A stretch of DNA of 64,000 bases from Eledone cirrhosa (taxonomy: Eukaryota), in contig OZ024743.1 of assembly GCA_964016885.1 (NCBI GenBank), positions 347,014,001-347,078,000 of the forward strand. The letters are read 5' to 3'. Numbering within the stretch: the stretch's first letter is position 1; each line of letters starts with the position of its first letter. Positions 53,100-64,000 of this stretch are shown here, piece by piece. Under the pieces are notes generated by a model. The model was not told the origin of the DNA and searched no databases. It saw nothing but the letters and a program-made list of their open reading frames with translations. Both the position numbers and the translations under genes were made by a program.

Positions 53100-56085
53100 T
53101 TAACTCATTGGGGTTAGTGGTTATGAGAAACGCCAACGAAAAACGGATAGCCCTCATAGCACGAAGTATAGAAAGCGAGGAGGAGAATTTTGGCATCAGC
53201 ACATTTAGAGTACCCGACGACCTAATGGTGGCACGTATGTCACTTGATGCGTAAAATAATATTGAGCGCACTCCGCGTGACGTGGGAATCCCTAATATAA
53301 AATAAACTATCAGGATTTTAAAGGGCTTCCCATAAGAAACCCCACCCAACATTGAGGTGGAACCACCCTACCTCAATAAGTAACATGATGGTAAGTGAAT
53401 CATTCCTCTCATAATTAACCAGCCAACATGGCTAACTTAAGAGAAGGATGCATGTATGACCGTGGCATAGGATCGTCCTGGAAGCAAGATCAGTTGCTGA
53501 ACGGCCCCAGGTCACTGGATAAGGATGTCACAACCATCAGCGAGACAAGGATTTCCAGCACACGCGCACTAGCGCTCTTCGCATCCATTAGTTGGCCGAG
53601 CACGGGGAGTGGGGTGGTAGTGGTGTTTAGGAAAGACCAGGATCTCGAGGTCAGGACGATTTTCCTGAACACGGAATGTAAATTGATAGTCCTCGACGTG
53701 AGCAGTAGCGACGGTGATGCCTTTAGGCTGGATGCCGTTTATTCCCCGGCCAGTGCCGGCCGGCCGGATTTCTTTAGGAATATCTCATGGAATGTCTCAT
53801 CTTTTTACTGCTAGCTGTGGAGTGGACCGGAATCTTAGAGGCACGCTGTGATTATGTGGGTGTAGCTGATAGGAGCGGGGGGGGGGGGGGGGGGCGGCTG
53901 TGTGAAAAAACCTCAATTAACTGACCAGCTAGTTTCAGCTGTCTGATAGGTATCGACTAGATTTGACAATTTATTCAATGCGAAACACGTACGTTGCATT
54001 GTCAGAGCCAAGGCGCGGGCTCTAAGAAAGGAGGGAATGAAAGCTGTCCAATGGGCCAAAGTGACGTCGGTGCAGCATGGTAACAAATGAACGATTCAAT
54101 CTTTGACCGACTGAGACGAACGTGTGCTGAACGATTCCAGAGAATTGAGTGCCGCCATTTGCCATCACTTTGCTCTACTGTTCGCGGAGAGCGGTGTGGG
54201 TGGGGCGAATACGTTAGTGGACTTCAGTTACTACGTTGGTGACCTCCTGCGGCTATCGGCATCAGATGTTGAGTGATATGAAAGGCGAATAACATCAGCT
54301 GAGATTTGAGATGGCCCAGTCGGTTTGGATAGATTGCCATAAGAGTTTTACACAGATATGTTAGACTTGTCCTTCGATCTCCTGGACGCGGTCTACTGTA
54401 ACTGTCCATACACGATCACCTCCACCTCATGCGATACAATATAGAGAGAGTAGGTTCTAAACCTGGGTTCGTTGGGGCTATGATCAGTTTAGATGAATCG
54501 AAAGCTTTTGATAGAGTCGAACATCGATACTTGGAGGCTGTCCTTATGGCAGGTGGCTTCGGTCTCGTCTTCAGAGGCTGCAATACGCAGTGGCATCTGC
54601 TCAGTGGTCAAAGTAAATGGCCACCTAACGGAACCCTTTCTGATCACGTTATAGGTCAGTTAGAGGTGCCTTCTTTCCTCACTACCGTAGGTATTGGTTC
54701 TCGAGCATTTACTGCGGATGTTGGAGTTGTTTATGTGCATCCCGTTCGAATTGGGACGTGGAAGGGCTGCATCGGCATTTGCGGACGACATTACCGTGAT
54801 GGTGTCGAACACCTCGGAAATAGAGGTCGTTGGCACCTTCTTAGAGGAATATGAAGTTTTGATAGGAGCAAAACTGAACCCGGAGCACTCGATGTGTTGG
54901 CAGCTCGGAAGCTAACATGAGTTGAAGTTGCTCGGACCAGAGGTACAGTTGCATAAGAACTAGGACCAGGTAATGAGCCGCGTACCCACTCTTGCCTAAA
55001 AATGGTGAGGTGGTCTATCAGCTGCCAACACCCTCTACGCGGATGGAAATGCATTTTATGTATTCTTAAACGGTGAACATGTGTAGACTGCTTCCGTGAG
55101 ACTTGTTTTATTTCAGCTCGTCTCTTTTATTGAGCTGCAGTCTTATGTTATGAAGAAACCGAGACAGGGCACTTGGCATCTGGAATGTTGCAAGGTATTC
55201 ACTTCCCTCTACCAGATTGGCAATGCGGTCTATGGAAATTCCACTCTAGAGTTCTATAGTGGATTAGTGTTGGGAAGTGCGACGGCGCTCTTGGAGAGAC
55301 ACTGAGCGTCTATCAAATCGAACTGATCTGACTGTTTCAAGCCGAGACTTTCGAGAACTTCTAGAAATCCCTCGATTGGCAGTGCTATTGGAGGGCACTG
55401 CCGATTCAAAATAAACTTTACAGGAACGAAAGAACGGTCAGACGACCCTATCCGTTTTGCACGCCCTCGACCAGTGTCAGTACATTACTGACTTGTGGAG
55501 TTATGTCGAACAGCTGTTATCTCGTGTGGGACGGATCCGTCTATCGACTATGACCATCGTGAAGATAGCCCCGTCGCCTTATTTCGGTCGGGAAGAGCAA
55601 GCAATTTTCAAATGCCTGGTGGCCGTAACAATAGAGTTTGTGTGGTGGACGAGGCTGAGAGAACTGACGATGGAGATAGACACTTTTCCCTTCGGCTGAT
55701 CCCTCATAAACTTTCACTTGGAAAGGAGGGTGGGAATGGAAAGGGAAATACTGATCCCTCTACCTTTGCTAAAAATTGGGTGAATATTGCGAGAATGGCT
55801 TGTGTGAATGTACCTACGCTGACTATGCGCCTGTCGGCTGGCTGATTTGAAGATGAGAGGGGTGCCCTTATCATGTGCTCTCGAAACTCTGGGTGGTACA
55901 GGATTGGTGGGGTTCCTAAGTCGTCCCTGGGTTGTTATCCTATAGAAGAATTTTCAATGTTGTAATTATTTTGTTTATTGATATTGTTTTACACTTTTTG
56001 CTCGATTTTTGTTGTAAACTCCCACTGTCCATGTTTATTGTATTGTCCACCATATGTAGGCTCTTGTGGCCAATATAAAAAATAT
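53100..56085 (+). mobile_element. Second, older Tx1-like LINE with internal deletions
   Basis: ORF1 C-terminus homologous to 48571-48840, APE start at 53428, SLDESKAFDRV, AFADD, and an A-rich 3' end near 56075. Confidence 0.85.
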
Positions 56086-56300
56086 TATTATTTTTATATT
56101 ATTATTATTGTTATCATTGTTGTTGCTGTTGTTGCTGTTTTCGATTGAAATTCTTTATACATTAGACATCGAGATTCGGACTTTCAATTCAGACTAAACT
56201 ATTTCGTTATCATCTGTGATCTAAGTTAAATACGTAAATATTTGTATGAATATTTTCACTCTGTATATATATCAAATTTCTGTGTGGATGGGCGATGGAT

Positions 56301-56409
<109 letters not shown>

Positions 56410-56676
56410 GTATATATATTTACATATAAGTATCTGTGTATGTATACGTGTGCTTCTGTCTATGCGTATACATGCCTGTTACTATATATTAGGAAATGTA
56501 TAATGTGAATATTTATCACTTATTGCTGTTGGTTATTTGCAATCATATATTTACAGTGTTGCTCTACACACACGTATGAGCACACACATGCACGCGCACG
56601 CACGTAAATCATGCACACACACATTCATACAAATATAAGCATATACATATATATACATATATGTATGTATATACAT

Positions 56677-56733
<57 letters not shown>

Positions 56734-56838
56734 TACAAATATATATATATAAATATAATTGGTGTTGGATGCTTAAAGCGTCCGAATACGGTAGGCACTC
56801 AATGCCCTTGTAGAGCAGAGTATAATATCACATATATA

Positions 56839-58386
56839 TATACCCTCTATAAGAACAAAGGGGACAGAAGTGACTGTAATAACTATCGAGGCATCTCGCT
56901 ACTAACCATCTTTGCCTGCGTGCTCCTGAACATACTACAGAAGATCGCTGAGAGGGTATACCCCGAATCTCGTTATGGTTTCATGTCAGAACGCTCCGCC
57001 GTCGAATTAATCTTCTCCATTACAGAAGTTCTGAGAGCAAAGACAAATACTCTACATCACCTTCATCGATGGACCTCACGATGGCATTCGATCTAGTTAG
57101 TAGAGACGGCCTGTTCATGTTCCTTGCCAGAATTGGTTTTCCTCCAAGATATCTTAGGATAGTCTAGTCGTTTCATGCAGATATGAATGGTGTCCTTCAA
57201 TCTGATGGCTCTTCTTTGAAGGCATCTATCATATGCAACGGTGTGAAGAAGGGCTGCGTGCTAGCCCCCACCCTGTTTGGCATATCTTTCGCAGTCACGT
57301 TAAAACATGCATTTGGAGAGTCAACTGGCGGTATCTAACTCCACACCAGATCAGACGGGATGATGTTAAGTATGTGAAGGCTGAAAGCGAAATCCAAATT
57401 TCGCCAGGTATTCTCATCAGAAAAATACTGTTTGCGGATGAAAATGCATCGCCGTCAGCGCACTCTGAGGGCCAAATACAGCACCTCATAAACAAACTTT
57501 CGAGGCCCTGCCAAGGAATCAGCCTGGGCATTTCTGAAGAAAACCAATGTACAGAGCCAAAGTTTCAAGTACTCCCCACACCACCATCACCATCAACAAC
57601 TATGAGCTGGAGGTAGTCCACGAATTTACCTACCTTGGATCCACCATCACTAACAAGCTTTCCATGGACCCCGAGATCAGCAGGAGAGTTGGTCGAGCAA
57701 CCTCCACATTTGCCAAACTGACAAAGTCAGGGAGAAAAGAAAATTCACAGCAAACACCAAGATTGCTGTCAACAAGGCATGTGTCCTCAGCACACTACTT
57801 TACGACAGCAAGACATAGAGGCTCTACACCAGACAAGAGCGGCGTCTCAATGACTTCCACCTTCGTTGCCTGAGACGCAGTTTGGATATCATGTGGTCTG
57901 ACCGTGTCACCAACACTGAAGTCCTCAACCGCGTCGTCTGCGCGGGCTCGGTCACATGCAGTGTGTGCTGGAGGGACGGATTCCAAAAGACCTACTTTAT
58001 GGGCAACTGGTCACCGGCACAGGAGCACGACGGCGACCTCATCTTCGCTTCAAATACGCCTGCAGTAGGGATATGAGGTCGATAGACATGGACACCCAGA
58101 GATGAGATGAGATCGCTAATGATGGACCACGATGGAGACGAGTACCGTGCAAGAGGAATGAAGTGAGGGGATGACAAACTGAAACTTGCCTCCGAAGAAA
58201 AGCGTTCTCGAAAAAAGTAATAACACAGTTGCACCGGAGGAGAGCATCTACAAATGCAGTCGCTCTCAACTGGACGGCCATTCCCGTGTGTACAGTGACC
58301 TCAAAAACTCCACCACCATTAGTATCTGACACAAAATTCTTCAGGTACAGATCCATGGCCTTTCGAAACCGCCGGGTGCCAATAAT
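56839..58386 (+). mobile_element. Decayed RTE (BovB-like) LINE, 5'-truncated
   Basis: [38 protein letters not shown], and a 3' hairpin-type end. Confidence 0.88.
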
Positions 58387-58577
58387 AATTGTTTCTACTT
58401 TTGGCACAAGGCCAGCAAATACCCAGTGTATTACTGGTACATTATTTTATCGACCGTGTAAGGTTGAAAGGCAACGTTAACCTCGTCGGGATTTGAACTC
58501 AGACTATAAAGGGCCGTAACTCTTTGCTGCAAAGCATGGCGTCCGACCCTCTACCGATACTGCCAATACACCGGCCA
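58385..58577 (-). mobile_element. SINE in (TAA)n
   Basis: Reverse copy with TAA repeats on both sides. Confidence 0.85.
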
Positions 58578-58624
58578 ATAATAATAATAATAATATATTC
58601 ATATAAATATACTTACACATACAA

Positions 58625-58878
58625 TACAACAGAAGGAAACATAATAGTACCACTGATGATGTAGCAGATGTGCAACGAAAGAACTTTGATACACTATATA
58701 TATATATATATTTATATCTGTGTTTTAACCGTTGGCCAATCAATGATAAACGGTGATTACCGAATGAATTAACTATGGGGATATAAAAGATACAGAAGCG
58801 AAAACCAACCAAACAGTGAGTGTGTTCTGTTATTATTTCTGGCAATATTATTACAACAATATGACCCTCACCAAGTAT

Positions 58879-58885
<7 letters not shown>
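58625..58885 (+). mobile_element. pLTR-like repeat with hammerhead (58649-58690)
   Basis: CTGATGA-TGTAGCA..TGCAAC-GAAA-GAAC-TT. Confidence 0.6.
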
Positions 58886-58952
<67 letters not shown>

Positions 58953-58960
<8 letters not shown>

Positions 58961-60417
58961 TAAATAACAGATTGAAGTTTAAGCAAAGAATCGCTGCTTT
59001 CACCCTTAACGGGATCTTCTGAAACTAACAAAGTCAATCTGTAAACGCAGAACTGGATGTTTCAAAAAACGTTGCAACCGGAGGAAGACAGGAAGACAAT
59101 ACTTTGGTTCGTGGAAACGTTCGCTGGCAAAGAACGGGAAAAAACGAATAATACGTCATTAATAGGAGCGGTGAAAAACAAATACGCGCAAAGGCAGAAC
59201 CACGTTTATGGTATAAAAGAGGTCGTAGACTAATGTTCTCTTTAGAGACGTTCTCTGGCAATTTCGGCTTGTAAACATAAATTGCACAAAACCTTCCTGT
59301 ATTACAGCCCCACGTTATACCCTAACGGATAGTACGATCTATACGTGGATATTTTACGTCTTGATGTGGGAGCTAAGTATATGTTTTGTTTATTCCTTTA
59401 CTTATCTGCATAGGTAAGTATATATTACCCGTTTGTTTTGTGAAGGTATGTATACCTTCTCGTACGTATATTTGATTGTTATGGCGTATAATTTTTATAT
59501 TCTGGTATTTAGGGTTTGGCTATGTGTATACGGGAGTTTTGCGTCTGCGTGAGTATGCAGGTTCGTACGTATGGTGGGTGTGTGTATATGTGTACTTCTT
59601 GTTTTAGTTGACTTACGTCTCCGAACATGCGTGTATTTATATGTAGGTATGTGTGTGCGCTTGTTATATACGTATTTATTTACTTATATACGTTTATATA
59701 ATAATTTTTTTATTTGTACACAAGCATACACACACACACACATATTTATATGTGCGTGGTTTTGTATACCTATGGTAAGGTTTTGCGTATGCTTGTGTAT
59801 GTACGTACTTGTTTGCGTATATTTATTTATTTATTTCTATTACTTCTGTATTGTATTTATTTACTTTGTTCTTAACTCTGTAACAGAGATTCATTTGGTC
59901 TCCTAGTTAGAATTTTAGTCTACGACTTCTGCTATACCATTTACGTGGTTTTGTCTTTGCGTGCTATTGTTCTCCACGCTCCATATATGACTTATTATCT
60001 TCGTTTTTTCGTTCATTGCCAGAGAACGTCTCTATGTACCACCTAAGAGAACATTAGTCTACGACCTCTTTTATACCATAAACGTGATTCTGTCTTTGCG
60101 CGTAATTGTTTTTCACCGCTCCTATTAATGACGTATTATTCGTTTTTTCCCGTTCTTTGCCAGCGAACGTTTCCACGAACCAAAGTATCGTCTTCCTGTC
60201 TTCCTCCGGTTGCAACGTTTTTTGAAATATCCAGTTCTGCCTTTACAGATTGACTTTGTTAGTTTCAGAAGATCCCGTTAAGGGTGAAAGCAGCGATTCT
60301 TTGCTTAAGCTTTAATCTGTTATTTAATAAATATTTGCTCTACGGTTCTTATATATTTGATATATATTTATCCTTATCGAGCCCTCTTTGGATTTTAGTC
60401 TTCAATTTTATTATTAT

Positions 60418-60420
<3 letters not shown>
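58953..60420 (+). mobile_element. Longest CAGAAGA-HHR element, with ~310-bp inverted 5' copy (HHRs 58976-59026 -, 60261-60311 +)
   Basis: 58953-59261 is the reverse complement of 60015-60334. Internal ~160-bp tandem repeat. No ORF. Confidence 0.8.
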
Positions 60421-60508
<88 letters not shown>

Positions 60509-60556
60509 TGTATGTATGTATGTATGTATGTATGTATGTATGTATGTATGTATGTA

Positions 60557-63500
60557 TCTTCTTCTGGTTTTATAATTTCACAAATTTGTTCCCAATAGAG
60601 AGTCGGTTTCTAACATAGACACAACACTCTCTCATTGGAATTTACACTAACATCAACTAGGTAGATTATGTATGTATGCATGCATGTGTAGATATGGATG
60701 TTATTGTATGTGTGGATGCATATGTTTTGAGTTGTATGTGTAGATGTGTATATGCTTTGTATCTGTACATGTGTATATGCAGTTATTAGATGAAATTTTT
60801 GTGGAATGTTTTACATATTTTTACTGTTCCATTAATGGATTGTACTTGTAATTTCTTAACTAGTTGTGTTCTTTCTGTTCCTGTGAAGCCTAGCTTCTCA
60901 AGATTTATATTGAGGCAGTTACTAACATACCCCAGTGCCCCAATAATCACAGGCATAAATCTGAAGGTGTAATCAGAGTGGAGTATCTGCAGATTTCTCA
61001 TCAGTTCTGCATAAATATTCTCCTTTTCGCTAATCTTTGATATTATATTGGCATCTGCTAGGCAGCTAATTTCCACTACTGTGCATGCTTTCCTCTCCCT
61101 GTCCCATATCATAATATCTGATCTGTTATGCCTGCATTTTATTGGGGTTTTTACTGGAACATTCCCCCAGTACTCTTTCATATTATGTATATGTATGTCT
61201 TCCACATTGCTGTAGCTTTTAATGTGTTTATTATCGGGGCTAACTTTTTTACGAACTCCATTGTACAGTGTTTTGGCCACTACATCATGCCTCACAGGTA
61301 GATAGTACCGCGATGACATCTTTTGACAGCGGCTGACGACATGGGTGATATCCTCGATGTTAGTTCTGCAGAGTCTGCATTTGTTATCACATCTAGGTGT
61401 TTTGCCTGCATCCTATTCCTTTTGTGAATCAGGTATTTCGTGTTAATTTCCTGTTCTTGGATTGCAAAAGCGTATTCTTTAAAGTGGGAGCCAATATAGC
61501 GGTTGTTGGTCCAAGATAGACTACTTTCCTTATCTATATTACTCTCACTCTGGAGCTTCCTGGCAACATATCCATGCATGATTTTTTGCTGATAAGCATG
61601 TAGTTTTTCATCCATGGATTCACTGCGAAACTGCTGAGCGACTTCCCTGGGTGTGAGTTTCTGATTATCACACAGGGAATATCTCTCGGGGAGTTCCTTC
61701 CCAACTCTCATGATCTTATCTGTTTCATGCAGATAGACTTGCTCGAGAGACGGACTCCTACGCTTCGAGGTTCCTAGATGTCGGAGAGATATGATGCGAC
61801 ATCCAAATGCCTCTGCCTCCCTGCTTACGTTTCAAGTAAAGGCGGTCTATGTCACTGTTGATGTGGAAGTTTCCAGTGTTGTTTAGTATTTTTCGAGTTC
61901 CAACATCAACTGATCGGATTTCGTCTATCGTCCAATTGAGTATTCGAAATGTTGGTTTTAGGACAGGCACAGCAAACACATTGTGAGCCACTGTTTTGTT
62001 TTGCGCAGAGAGATCCGATGACCAAATCTTTCTTAATCGGGTGTAGTATTCCCTAGTTACGCGTTCTTTATTACAGATACCATTATGGGATATGTTCTCA
62101 TCTATCCCCGGATATCTGTAGCAGTCCTCATCAGATATCGGTGAAACAGTTCGGCCATTGATGACAATGTTGCTAGATTGGGTTGTTTTTATTCCCCGCT
62201 TTACAGTCATGTATAAGCATTTATCTTGGCCAAACTCCATTCCTATATCCTTTGAGAACGTTGTAACCAGGTCAAGATTTTTCTTCACCCCACCCATGTT
62301 CTTGGCATAGAGTTTCAGATCCTACACAAAGAAATTATGGGTTAGGTTCGTATTTCTGTCCTCCTGTGAGCCAATGATAGATCCTTCACATTTCTTGAGC
62401 AGAAAGGACAAGGGATTTAATGACAAGATGAATAATATCACAGAGAGACTGTCCCCCTGAAATATACCCCTGCGATATTTATTTTATCAGCGAAAATAGA
62501 GTGCTTCTTCTCTGTCTTTAACCTTAGGATAGCCCAAGAAGAAGACTGCTTCTCTATGACTCTGACAATAATGTCTGGGACTTTAGCAAGTTGGAGGGCC
62601 TCTATCATCCAAGAGTAGGGAACAGAATCGAAAGCTTTCCTGTAGTCCAGCCAGGCTGTAGCTATATTCCTTCTAAGTTGTCACACCTCCGACATCGCAG
62701 TTTTGTTGATTAGGAGTTGTTCAGCACATCCCCAAACCCCTTTCTTTACAGCTGCTTGTTCATCTGTGATGATGTTATTATTTTCACAGTGATCTTGGAG
62801 GTTCAGGAAGGCTGTATACATCTGATGCATCAGTTCTGGCATGCAATGGTTTGTTAGTTCTTTACCAAGTGGGTGTCTTTGTTCTTGAGGACCAGTAATG
62901 TTTGTGCTAATGTCAACAATTCTGGTATAAGTGTATCTCCCTTAAGAACTTGTTGGTAGAGGTCAGTAAGATACCTCCGATAGAATATCAGTTTTTTGTA
63001 TCAGTAGCCGACAATCATGTCTCTTCCTGGTGTTTTCTGATCTTGGAGTTTTCCTATCACAGTTTCAAGAGTACCCTCCCTTATTTCGTATGTTTTTGTT
63101 GTAGTGTAGGAGCAATATCTCTTTCGGATTTCTCTTAGCCACACTGCATCTTGGTTGAAATTCTTCTTTTCACTCCATATTTTGCTCCAAAAGGAATCTA
63201 TGTCTTCCTAGGATGGGGTCTCAGTGACACTTATTATTTTGTTCTACATATCTCTATAGACTGATGTTTGGTTTCGTCTGAATATTTTATTAAGCACTTT
63301 TCTCTCATCTACCTTCTTCAGTTATCGGTGTTTTTCACTAACAGCTCTCAATTCTTGTTTGAGGGTGATCAGCTTATATTGAAGCGTTCTGGTTCTACTG
63401 TTACCAAACATCGTCTCTATTTTATTTTTCACTCTTTGTTGGTGATGAGTGGGGTTTTTTGTGTTTGTTTGCATGTAAGGAGCATTGTCACATATTCTAT

Positions 63501-64000
63501 TGTTTTTCGTAGGTCAACAATCTTTTTTTCTATTTTAGTTATATATGATGGTATTTTTGGCGGTGTTTTGTTCTTGTTAATATCTCTGCTATCACCAAGA
63601 TAATGCTTCACTGTCGTTGCTAGGGCATATAAACAGGCGTTGATTTGCCAAAAATGTTGGGGTTTTTATCCGTCGTAAATATTCATCCCTTATTTTGTCA
63701 ATAACACGTAATATTTTATTATTTGTTTTACCAGTAATACACTGGTAATTGCTGGCCTTGTGCCTAACGTAGAAACAATTATTTGTTTTTTTTATTAAAC
63801 ATTGTCGTTTTAATACTTTCAGCAAGAGAGATATTTATACATGAATTAATTTCTCTCTGGAAGATTTCGTTGAGGGAAATTTTCAATTGTTTATACTTTT
63901 GATTATTATCATTATCGATAGTATTTTCCACAACAGTCGTGGTAGACTCGGATGTTACACGTGGTGTCAAATTTCTTCGATTATTATTATTATTTCTTCG
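60557..64000 (-). mobile_element. R4/Dong family B LINE, frameshifted, 3' end in (CATA)n; SINE tail inserted at 63728-63783
   Basis: RHDVVA, HNRSDIMIWD, VEISC, LDYRKAFDSVP, FQGDSLS; colinear with the 3734-6316 ORF. Confidence 0.9.

Overview
This is eukaryotic, AT-rich, microsatellite-saturated DNA. The repeat make-up suggests a coleoid cephalopod, probably an octopod, but that is an inference. I see no convincing host protein-coding exon. Most listed ORFs are translations of (TA)n, (CA)n, (GA)n or (TATG)n repeats. All real coding sequence belongs to transposons: an open 860-aa R4/Dong-type RT-RLE element plus three decayed relatives, a Penelope-like element (RT + GIY-YIG), two decayed Tx1/L1-clade LINEs, RTE remnants, a Chapaev3 DNA transposon with TIRs and a TTA TSD, and a mariner remnant. 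Main observations: (1) about 20 hammerhead-ribozyme (HHR) motifs from at least 9 sequence families. These include non-coding head-to-tail units of ~544 and ~738 bp with retrozyme-like architecture, HHRs with large branched stem II, and a five-copy family with a non-canonical CAGAAGA core. (2) A microsatellite-centred retroelement ecosystem: bipartite RTE derivatives with (TATG)n tails, R4 elements inserted in (CATA)n, and an abundant tRNA-SINE that inserts at ATTAT sites and whose tail resembles a motif in the R4 3'UTR. There is one 200-N scaffold gap. Coordinates were counted by eye and may be off by a few bases.
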